From an uncultured Alphaproteobacteria bacterium (GTDB lineage: Bacteria; Pseudomonadota; Alphaproteobacteria; CADEGL01), in assembly GCA_902826885.1 (NCBI GenBank), contig CADEGL010000006.1:2091-66090 (forward strand): a DNA stretch of 64,000 nt, in the 5' to 3' direction. The translations under genes were made by a program, and so were the position numbers. Every line of letters starts with the position of its first letter. The first letter of the stretch is position 1. The notes under the pieces were generated by a model. It did not search any database. It worked only from the letters and a program-made list of their open reading frames with translations, and was not told where the DNA came from. Shown here in pieces: positions 53,543-60,655 of the stretch.

Positions 53543-54139
53543 TCACCCGAGCAGTTTGCGGATGCGCGCGGCCATGTCGGCCGGCGGCGTGTTGGGCGTG
53601 AAATGGGTCATGAACCGGCCTTGCGGGTCCATCAGATAGAGGATGCCCGTGTGGTCCATGGTGTAGTCGTCGCCCTGCGGCACTTTCTTGTAGTAGACGC
53701 GGTAGGCCTTGGCGGCTTGGGCGACCTGTTCCGGCGTTCCGGTCAGCGCGACGATGCGCGGGTCGAAATTGGCCACGTATTGAGACATCGCCTCGACCGT
53801 GTCGCGCTCGGGGTCGACCGTGATGAAGATGGGCTGGATCTTGTCGGCCGAGGCCCCCAATTCGGTCAGCACCGCCGACATGTCGTTCAAGGCCGTGGGG
53901 CAAACGTCCGGGCAATGGGTGAAACCGAAAAACACCAGCATCCACCGGCCGCGGAACGCTTCGTCCGTGACCGTGCGGCCCTTTTGATCCACCAAGGTGA
54001 AGGGGCCGCCGACCGAGGCCGTGCCGGACGACGTGACTTGCGGCGTGGGCACGTTGAAGAAGGTCCACAAGGCGGCGCCGGCGGCAATGATGGCCAGGGC
54101 CGCCGCGACGATCGCGACGCGGATGAACGGGCGGGGCAT
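53543..54139 (-). CDS. SCO1/SenC-family copper chaperone / thiol-disulfide oxidoreductase
   Basis: Trimmed to MPRPFIRVAIVAAALAIIAAGAAL (membrane anchor). FFGFTHCPDVCP is the CxxxC motif, and the distal His lies in TMDHTGILYL. Confidence 0.9.
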   Translation of the reverse strand: MPRPFIRVAIVAAALAIIAAGAALWTFFNVPTPQVTSSGTASVGGPFTLVDQKGRTVTDEAFRGRWMLVFFGFTHCPDVCPTALNDMSAVLTELGASADKIQPIFITVDPERDTVEAMSQYVANFDPRIVALTGTPEQVAQAAKAYRVYYKKVPQGDDYTMDHTGILYLMDPQGRFMTHFTPNTPPADMAARIRKLLG

Positions 54140-54140
54140 G

Positions 54141-55046
54141 TCAGGCGCTCTCCTTGCGCGTCTCTGTCTTATTCGCGCGGTTCGATCGCGGCATGAAGAA
54201 AAGCGCGACCTTGACCAAGCGCGGCACCAGCTTCGGCCGCGGCAGGCTTGCATCGTAGCGTGCCATGCGCCGGTCGTTTTCGGTCAGGCAAATTTCCAGC
54301 AGCTCGCGCGGGTTGATGTCCGCGCCTAGCTCCTCATGACCTTTGGCGGTGAAATTGTTGCCGCCGCCGACGTCCTTCGCCGTGCCCAGGCGGTCGCGCG
54401 CGATATCGAAGAAGATGCGGACACACCAAGTCAGAAAGATCACGCGGCGCAACGGCGAAAGATTGCGCAGATGCCATTTCACCCAATTGTTGAAGAAGAG
54501 AATGTGGCGGCATTCCTCCTGAATGACCGGCTCGAAAGTGTCCACCAGCACCGGCGGGAAGAAACCCGACCGCTTGGCCAGCGCGAACAAGCCGAAGGCG
54601 AAGAAGCTGTCGACGCATTCGCCGAAACCGGTGCGCATGAACCCTTGCTCGGGTCCGTTCCAGCGCTGATAAGGCGGCTCGGGTTCCAGTTTGATGCCGT
54701 AGAACGAAACCATGTGGTGCAGCACGTCCTTGTGCCGCTGCTCCTCGAAGCCGTTGAGGGCGATGGCTTCCTTGACCAAGGGATCGGCCAAGGTCTCGGC
54801 GTAATACTTCATCCGCAGGGCGGCCTTGCCCTCCGTCTGAACCGCAAGGTCCCAAATCGGCAGGGAAGTCAGGCGCTTGAACGCGTCGGGTTCGAGTTCG
54901 GGCCAGGCGATGATCGCCGGCTTGTAGGGGTCGAATGTGTCGAGGAACATCCGGCAGAAGGCCTGCTTGTGCGCCTCCGAACCAAGGCGGAGAGGGGGCG
55001 CCGTTCGCATCGCGGCATTGGCGTTCATATGATTTTGAGCGCTCAT
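54141..55046 (-). CDS. ferritin-like four-helix-bundle protein with diiron-carboxylate motif, family unassigned (paralog 1)
   Basis: No signal peptide. Candidate ligands are E in AVQTEGKA, ExxH in FEEQRH, E in FGECVD, and ExxH in IQEECRH. The stop is 1 nt before the SCO start. Confidence 0.75.
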   Translation of the reverse strand: MSAQNHMNANAAMRTAPPLRLGSEAHKQAFCRMFLDTFDPYKPAIIAWPELEPDAFKRLTSLPIWDLAVQTEGKAALRMKYYAETLADPLVKEAIALNGFEEQRHKDVLHHMVSFYGIKLEPEPPYQRWNGPEQGFMRTGFGECVDSFFAFGLFALAKRSGFFPPVLVDTFEPVIQEECRHILFFNNWVKWHLRNLSPLRRVIFLTWCVRIFFDIARDRLGTAKDVGGGNNFTAKGHEELGADINPRELLEICLTENDRRMARYDASLPRPKLVPRLVKVALFFMPRSNRANKTETRKESA

Positions 55047-55088
55047 CGTGTCTCCAACACGCGTCCTTCGAGCTCACGGAGCATTGAT

Positions 55089-55105
55089 TTTATCTCCGAG
55101 ATAAA
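55089..55105. promoter_or_regulatory. perfect 8-1-8 palindrome in AT-rich promoter island
   Basis: TTTATCTC-C-GAGATAAA lies 43 nt upstream of the diiron paralog 1 start, inside the 179-bp gap (55047-55225), which contains a strongly AT-rich stretch (about 55081-55140). Confidence 0.35.
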
Positions 55106-55225
55106 CTCGATAAGATATTGATAATATTTTATTAATGTCTTCCCGATTGCCCCCGGCGCGGTTCCACGGCTGCGCCTGTGCCGTTCGATAACATTGTTTA
55201 GCGCTGACGTGAATGCCATTGGGGG

Positions 55226-56119
55226 TTATGCGGTCTTGCTGGCCGTGACGGGTTTGCCCCAGTTGCCCGGCCATACGTTAAGGACGGTCAGAGCGCCGCG
55301 GGCCAGGCCCGGCATGAGCGACGGACGAAGCAGGCGCGGATCGAAAGCCCCCATCCGTCGCGCGTTCTCGCTGAGACATTCGCTCAGAAAGGCGCGGGCG
55401 TTGAAGCCGCCGGGAAAGATATCGGCCTGGGTCGCGGAGAACTTGGCCCGGTCCCGCTCCTCGGCCGAGACTTCCGTCTTGTTCTTCTGTCCATCGCGAA
55501 TGTCCTGAACGTGACGCGCGACCGCGCGGCCGTGGAACCACAGCGAGTGGAGCGCGCGCAAGGGGGCCGCGCCGCGGCCGCGTTGGGCCTGGCGATAAGC
55601 CACCCAGTTCACGAAGAACACGATGTGACGCACTTCCTCCTCGAGCAGGGTCGCGAGGATGGCGAACAGGGAATCGGGCAGGAACTGCGCGCGTTTTCCG
55701 AAACTGTAGGCGCCGAAGCCCAGAAACGAATCCACGCACTCGCCGAAGCCGAAATCGAGGAAACCGGTCTCGATGTCCGCGGGAAGCTTGGAAATCGGCC
55801 GGTCGGATGCGGGGATGCCGTAGAGGTCGATCATGTGGCGGATCAGATCGGCGTGCCGCGCTTCCTCGAAGCCCTGAAGATCGATGGCTTCTCGCACCAG
55901 CGGATCTTGGATGGTCTCGGCATAGGCCCGGACCATCGCGCCCGCGCGGCGTTCGGCGAAAAACACCTCGTCCCAGAACGGCACCGAACGCAGCCGCGCC
56001 AAGCTGGCGTCGTCCAGCTCGGGCCAGGGCAGCTCGGTGACGATGTAGGGATTGTGCGCCTCCATGAAGCTTCGGCAGAAAAGCTCCTTATGCGCGTCGG
56101 TTCCGATCTTCATTCGCAT
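55226..56119 (-). CDS. ferritin-like protein with diiron-carboxylate motif, family unassigned (paralog 2)
   Basis: Last 297 codons of the spurious ORF 55226..56845 (ATG 56119 after AAGGA; alternatives 56146 and 56113). Candidate ligands are E in FFAERRAG, FEEARH, FGECVD and LEEEVRH. Collinear with paralog 1. Confidence 0.75.
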   Translation of the reverse strand: MRMKIGTDAHKELFCRSFMEAHNPYIVTELPWPELDDASLARLRSVPFWDEVFFAERRAGAMVRAYAETIQDPLVREAIDLQGFEEARHADLIRHMIDLYGIPASDRPISKLPADIETGFLDFGFGECVDSFLGFGAYSFGKRAQFLPDSLFAILATLLEEEVRHIVFFVNWVAYRQAQRGRGAAPLRALHSLWFHGRAVARHVQDIRDGQKNKTEVSAEERDRAKFSATQADIFPGGFNARAFLSECLSENARRMGAFDPRLLRPSLMPGLARGALTVLNVWPGNWGKPVTASKTA

Positions 56120-56157
56120 GTCATCCTTTTGAAATCCGTCCCGCATCGCGCGTAAGC

Positions 56158-56610
56158 TCAGTGCCCGTGTCCCGCGGGCTTGTCGACCGAAGCCGAAACG
56201 GATTTCGCGCCGGCCTTTTCGAAGGTGAGGGTCAGGGGAACCGTGTCGCCCGGTTTGAGGCCGCCTTGCACCTCCATCAGCATGATGTGCAAGCCGCCAG
56301 GCTTCAGCTCGACGGTCTCGCCGGGTTTCAGCGTGAGTCCGTCCACCGGCCGCATCTTCATCACGCCATTGTCGTTGGTGACGGAATGGAGCTCGGCCTT
56401 GCCCGCGACGGGGGTGGATACCGCCACCAGCCTGTCGGGGGCCTTGCCGGCGTTCGTGATCAGCAGATAGGCCGCGCCCACCTTCGCGCCGGGCATGATC
56501 CGGGCGTGGGCGTCCTGAAGCGTGATGTTCGCGTCCGCTGCGTAAGCGGCCGGACAGATAATGGTGAGGAAAGCGGCGGCGACAGCCGCACGCACTGACA
56601 GCGTACCCAT
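56158..56610 (-). CDS. periplasmic copper chaperone PCu(A)C
   Basis: Signal peptide, then H-x10-M-x21-H-x-M: AELHSVTNDNGVMKM ... GGLHIMLM. The C-terminus is GHGH. Confidence 0.88.
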   Translation of the reverse strand: MGTLSVRAAVAAAFLTIICPAAYAADANITLQDAHARIMPGAKVGAAYLLITNAGKAPDRLVAVSTPVAGKAELHSVTNDNGVMKMRPVDGLTLKPGETVELKPGGLHIMLMEVQGGLKPGDTVPLTLTFEKAGAKSVSASVDKPAGHGH

Positions 56611-56670
56611 GGCAACACTCCTGGACCGGTCGGGCCGAGACGCCGCGCATACCGCGCGGCGAAAATCGTC

Positions 56671-57090
56671 TCAGGCCGTCAGGGGAGGTGCGCGGGCTTG
56701 GAGCGGATCGAGATGGTGACGGGCTGGCGCGGCTTGGCCCGGCGCGCGCGCATTGGGCTCGGACTCGTAGGCCGGTCCCAGGAGATTGACGGCCGATGCC
56801 GGTACGGCGTTGCCGAGGTTTTGCCAAACCTGGCAGAGCGGGCACTTGGGCGTCCGTGCGGTGTCCGCATCGTTATGCGATGGGCCGGTGTCTGACATCT
56901 TCGTCAGACCGTGGGCGGTGCAGAGCGCGAGATCGCCCGCGAAGGGCAGGGCGGTGCCTTCGGCCGATGCGGGCTGGTTCAGAAGCGGCAGGACCGTCTG
57001 AAGAAGCAGCGCGAAGGACGCGAGCCAGACGCCGAACAGCGACACGCGCGCGGCTTTTCTGAACGTCGATCGCGAGACTCGTGGGCGCAT
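56671..57090 (-). CDS. DUF2946-type CxxC protein (copy 2)
   Basis: Anchor LFGVWLASFALLLQTVLPLL, CPLCQ, and C-terminal PLQARAPPLTA, which is nearly identical to the copy 1 tail. Confidence 0.65.
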   Translation of the reverse strand: MRPRVSRSTFRKAARVSLFGVWLASFALLLQTVLPLLNQPASAEGTALPFAGDLALCTAHGLTKMSDTGPSHNDADTARTPKCPLCQVWQNLGNAVPASAVNLLGPAYESEPNARAPGQAAPARHHLDPLQARAPPLTA

Positions 57091-57204
57091 TCGTCCACCG
57101 GTTGAAGGAGGCGCAATCTAACGCTAGGGCCGGTGCCTGACAATTGACCAATCGCGTGCCGGGCACCAGGCTATGCCGAGAAAATTTTAACCGGAGCCTT
57201 AAGT

Positions 57205-57666
57205 ATGTTTCGCCATTTTGCCGTTCTGGCCGTGTTTTTGCCGTTCGTGCTTCCTAGCGCGGTTCTTGCCCACAGTTTCACGCACGGCGATATCCGGGTC
57301 ATGCACCCTTGGGCCGCCGTCGCGGCGGCGGGCAAATCGAGCCCCGTTTACATGACGCTGACCAACAGCGGCATCGAGCCCGACAGGCTGGTCGCGGTCG
57401 AGGCCAAGGCGGCGGGGCGCGTCGAAATCCAGAAGGCCAAGAAAGGGAGCGGCGCGACGTCCTATGAGACCATCGCCGCCGTGGAGTTGGGCGCCAAGAA
57501 GACCGTCGCGATGCAGCCGGGCGGCCTGCGCATCCTGCTGATCGATCTGAAGGAGCCGCTGCGCCACGAATATACGCTGCCCATGACGTTGGTGTTCGAG
57601 CGCGCGGGGCGGGTCGAAATCCAGGCCGTGATTCAGAAATCCGCCGCGGAAGGCCATACGCATTAG
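57205..57666 (+). CDS. PCu(A)C-like periplasmic protein lacking the canonical Cu(I) ligands
   Basis: Same length and block structure as PCuAC (YMTLTNSGIEPDRLVAV, QPGGL..L, LTLVFERAG). However, the H/M ligand positions read VEIQKAKKGSGATSYETI and GGLRILLI. Confidence 0.7.
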   Translation: MFRHFAVLAVFLPFVLPSAVLAHSFTHGDIRVMHPWAAVAAAGKSSPVYMTLTNSGIEPDRLVAVEAKAAGRVEIQKAKKGSGATSYETIAAVELGAKKTVAMQPGGLRILLIDLKEPLRHEYTLPMTLVFERAGRVEIQAVIQKSAAEGHTH

Positions 57667-57738
57667 TCCCGCGGCGTTGCGGTAGGCGGGACGAGCGCCT
57701 AAAGTTCGCCGCCACGACATTTCATACAGGGGATACCC

Positions 57739-58161
57739 ATGTCCGATACCGTTTCGACGTTGAAGCTCACCCATGCCGGCGCGCTGAAGATGCTGGCCGC
57801 CGCCGTGAAGAAGTCCGAGGACATGGGCGTGCCCCAGTGCATCGCCATCGTCGACGAGAGCGCCAACCTGCTGGCTTTCTCGCGCATGGACGGCGCCAAG
57901 GTCCTGTCCATCGAGACCGCGACCGCGAAGGCGCGCACCGCTGCCTCGTCCAAGGGCCCGACGGGCAAGACGCCGCCGCACGCCGAGAACCTGATGGGTC
58001 TGGCCACCGGCGGCCGTTTCACCAATCTGAAGGGCGGCCTGCCCGTGATCGTCGACGGCAAATGCGTCGGCGGCATCGGTGTCGGTTCGGGCACCGGCGA
58101 CCAGGACGTGGAAGTCGCCAACGCGGCGCTCGCGGCTGTTAAGGGCGCGCAGACGTTCTAA
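57739..58161 (+). CDS. GlcG/HbpS-family (DUF336) protein
   Basis: AIVDESANLLAFSRMDGA...SIETATAKARTAA...GGLPVIVDGKCVGGIGVGSGTGDQD is the GlcG signature. Confidence 0.85.
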   Translation: MSDTVSTLKLTHAGALKMLAAAVKKSEDMGVPQCIAIVDESANLLAFSRMDGAKVLSIETATAKARTAASSKGPTGKTPPHAENLMGLATGGRFTNLKGGLPVIVDGKCVGGIGVGSGTGDQDVEVANAALAAVKGAQTF

Positions 58162-58230
58162 ACTCGCCATGCGGCCGCGGTCCGCCATGATGCGGGCCGC
58201 GGCCGTTTCGCGCGATCAGCCGGAGAGGCC

Positions 58231-59532
58231 ATGCCGTTAGGGGCGAAGACGACTCGTTACCGACGTCTTGGAAGCCTCCTGCGACACCGCTGGCGGCGGC
58301 AGTTCGTGTTCCTGATGGGCGGTGTGGTTACCGCCTTGGTGGCTATCGCCTTCACCATCGCGGCCGACCACGTCCATGCGGCGAATCAATTCATCCGCGC
58401 CCAGTGGCCCTATGCGCCCCTGATCCTGTGCCCGGTCGGCTTCGGGCTCCTTGTTTTCCTAGCCAACCGCTATTTTCCGAATTCGCAAGGCAGCGGCATT
58501 CCACAGGCCATTGCCGCGCGGCATCTGGACGATCCGTCGGCGCGGGAAAAGCTGATCGGCTTGCGCGTGGCGATCGGCAAGATCTTCCTCACTCTTGGCG
58601 GCCTTCTCTGCGGTGCGTCGATCGGGCGCGAAGGTCCGACCGTGCAAGTCGGCGCGGCGGTGATGTTCACCGTCGGGCGCATGTCGCCGCTGCGTCAGCG
58701 CGGCTTGATCGTGGCAGGCGCGGGCGCGGGCATTGCGGCGGCCTTCAACGCGCCCTTGGCCGGAATCATTTTCGCCATCGAGGAGCTGAGCCGTTCGTTC
58801 GATACCAAGACCAGCCGCCTGGTGATCGCGGCCGTGCTGGTCGCGGGCCTGATCTCGGTCATGATCCTCGGAAATTACAGCTACTTCGGAAAGAGCGACG
58901 CTACGCTGCATGGCATCGACGCCTGGATCGTCGTGCCGGTGTGCGGCGTGCTGGGGGGCCTGGCCGGCGGGCTGTTCAGCCGCCTTCTGGTCGTCATCAC
59001 GCGCGGCATCCATGGACGGATCGGCCGTTGGTACAAGCGCAATCCGATCCGCTTCGCGGTGTTGTGCGGGCTGGCTTTCGCGGTCATCGGCTTTCTTTCG
59101 CAGGGTTCCGTCTATGGCACGGGCTATGACCAGGCGCGCGCCCTTCTCGAAGGCAACGAAGGGGCGGGCTGGAGTTTCGGCTTGCTGAAGTTCGGCGCCA
59201 CGCTGCTGTCGTCCGTCAGCGGCTTGCCCGGCGGTCTGTTTTCGCCGTCGCTGGCGGCGGGCGCGGGTTTCGGCATGAACATCGCGTCGATGTTCAGTCC
59301 CGAGCTGTTCAAGGCCGTGGTGCTGGTGGGGATGGTGGCCTACTTCACGGGCGTCGTGCAGGCGCCGATCACGGCATTCGTCATCGTGACGGAGATGACG
59401 CAGAACTACGGCATGCTGGTGCCCCTGATGGGCGCGGCGTTGATCGCCTATGTCTGCTCGCGGCTGGTGTGCCCGAAGAGCGTCTATCACGCGCTCGCGG
59501 AAAATTACCTCACACCGCCATCGCCGCGCTGA
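58231..59532 (+). CDS. ClC-family chloride/proton channel-transporter
   Basis: Selectivity motifs GSGIPQ, GREGPTVQ and GGLFSPSL, with about 10 TM helices. Confidence 0.9.
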   Translation: MPLGAKTTRYRRLGSLLRHRWRRQFVFLMGGVVTALVAIAFTIAADHVHAANQFIRAQWPYAPLILCPVGFGLLVFLANRYFPNSQGSGIPQAIAARHLDDPSAREKLIGLRVAIGKIFLTLGGLLCGASIGREGPTVQVGAAVMFTVGRMSPLRQRGLIVAGAGAGIAAAFNAPLAGIIFAIEELSRSFDTKTSRLVIAAVLVAGLISVMILGNYSYFGKSDATLHGIDAWIVVPVCGVLGGLAGGLFSRLLVVITRGIHGRIGRWYKRNPIRFAVLCGLAFAVIGFLSQGSVYGTGYDQARALLEGNEGAGWSFGLLKFGATLLSSVSGLPGGLFSPSLAAGAGFGMNIASMFSPELFKAVVLVGMVAYFTGVVQAPITAFVIVTEMTQNYGMLVPLMGAALIAYVCSRLVCPKSVYHALAENYLTPPSPR

Positions 59533-59568
59533 ACCCGCTCGCGCGGCGGCCGGGCGTTTCCCGGAACG

Positions 59569-59997
59569 TCAGTTCGCCTTCTTCTGCAACTCGTCCTTGG
59601 TGATCTTGCCGTCCTTGTTTTTGTCGGCGGCGTCGAACTTCTTGGCGTAGTAGTCGAGATATTCCTGCTTGGTGACCGTGCCGTCCTTGTTCACGTCCAT
59701 CTCGTCGAACACGGTGTTGGGCTTGCCCTTGTTTTTCGTGGGCATCTCGTCGGCCGTGATCTTGCCGTCCTTGTTCTTGTCCATCGCGTCGAATTTCTTC
59801 GCGTAACTGTCGAGATACTCCTGCTTCGAAACCGCGCCGTCCTTGTTCGTGTCCATGCCGTTGAACAGCATGTTCGGCGGAATGACGGGCGGGGGGCCTC
59901 CGGGCGCCACCATTTGGGCGCTCGCGCCGCTGGCGCCGGCCAACATGGCGGCAGCGAACGCAACCGAAAGAAGGCGGCGGGATTTCGGGTTCGTCAT
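59569..59997 (-). CDS. periplasmic EF-hand calcium-binding protein (4 loops)
   Basis: Signal peptide ...GASGASA. Four EF-hand loops: DTNKDGAVSKQE, DKNKDGKITADE, DVNKDGTVTKQE and DKNKDGKITKDE. Confidence 0.85.
   Translation of the reverse strand: MTNPKSRRLLSVAFAAAMLAGASGASAQMVAPGGPPPVIPPNMLFNGMDTNKDGAVSKQEYLDSYAKKFDAMDKNKDGKITADEMPTKNKGKPNTVFDEMDVNKDGTVTKQEYLDYYAKKFDAADKNKDGKITKDELQKKAN
59602..59856 (-). repeat. intragenic tandem duplication of an EF-hand pair (156-nt period)
   Basis: 99-nt blocks at 59602-59700 and 59758-59856 align without gaps at roughly 80 percent identity by eye. The offset is 156 nt, or 52 codons. Confidence 0.6.
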
Positions 59998-60022
59998 GGA
60001 CGTTTCCTCACGTTAAGGCCGT

Positions 60023-60493
60023 TCACTGGCCGCCGAGGGCTTCGCTCTTGCTCAGCGATCCGTCCTTGTTCAGATCGTGCTGTTGGTACCATTCGGCGGA
60101 GTGGATCTGGAATTCCTGTTGGGTGACCACGCCATCGCCATTCTTATCCATGGCTTGAAAAGTCTTCTTGGCTTGCGGCGTGTCCGGCATCTCGTCCGGT
60201 GTGATCTGGCCGTCGCCGTTCTTGTCGAACTGCTTGAACGCCTGGGATGTCGCGCCGTCATATTCGTTCTGGGTCAGCACGCCATCGCCGTCGGCATCGT
60301 GGTTGTCGAATGCCTGGGCGTTCGTTTGGGTCGTGTTCTCGTCGACCGGCATAAATAGATAGGATGGGGCGATGGGGTCCGACATCAAGCCCTGTGCCTT
60401 TGGCGCGTCTGTCGAGAACGCCAAGGCGAGGCCGGAAAAAAACACGGCAAGGCACGGGCGCGAGAACTGCACGGAAGGATCCCCCATTCGCAT
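60023..60493 (-). CDS. periplasmic EF-hand calcium-binding protein (4 loops, divergent)
   Basis: Leader CLAVFFSGLALAFS. Four loops: DADGDGVLTQNE, DKNGDGQITPDE, DKNGDGVVTQQE and DLNKDGSLSKSE. Confidence 0.8.
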   Translation of the reverse strand: MRMGDPSVQFSRPCLAVFFSGLALAFSTDAPKAQGLMSDPIAPSYLFMPVDENTTQTNAQAFDNHDADGDGVLTQNEYDGATSQAFKQFDKNGDGQITPDEMPDTPQAKKTFQAMDKNGDGVVTQQEFQIHSAEWYQQHDLNKDGSLSKSEALGGQ

Positions 60494-60655
60494 TCAATAC
60501 TGCGTGATGGTACGCCGGGGTTGGGGCGAAAAGCGAAGCTTTTTCAGCGGTATGCGGCTGGTCCTTGCCGGGGGATGGAAGCGGCTTTTCCCGCCGTTTG
60601 CCTTGATTTCGTCACGTTTGGCCGCACATATGAGCGGCAGACCATAGTCGGGGTG

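Noticed and set aside
53133-54068. 311-aa minus ORF, and the 539-aa ORF 55226..56845.
   Set aside because: The upstream portions overlap SCO, PCuAC and DUF2946 in other frames and look like shadow sequence. Only the C-terminal 132 and 297 codons, which have plausible starts, were retained.
55109-55136. Fur-box-like GATAAG/GATAAT array.
   Set aside because: It matches the 19-bp Fur consensus only loosely by eye, and alphaproteobacteria often use Irr, RirA or Mur instead. I kept it as a remark inside the AT-rich island finding, not as a called site.
57141-57176. GGTGCC ... GGCACC 6-bp arms in the spacer between DUF2946 copy 2 and the PCuAC-like gene.
   Set aside because: The arms are too short and too far apart (24 nt) to distinguish from chance in GC-rich DNA.
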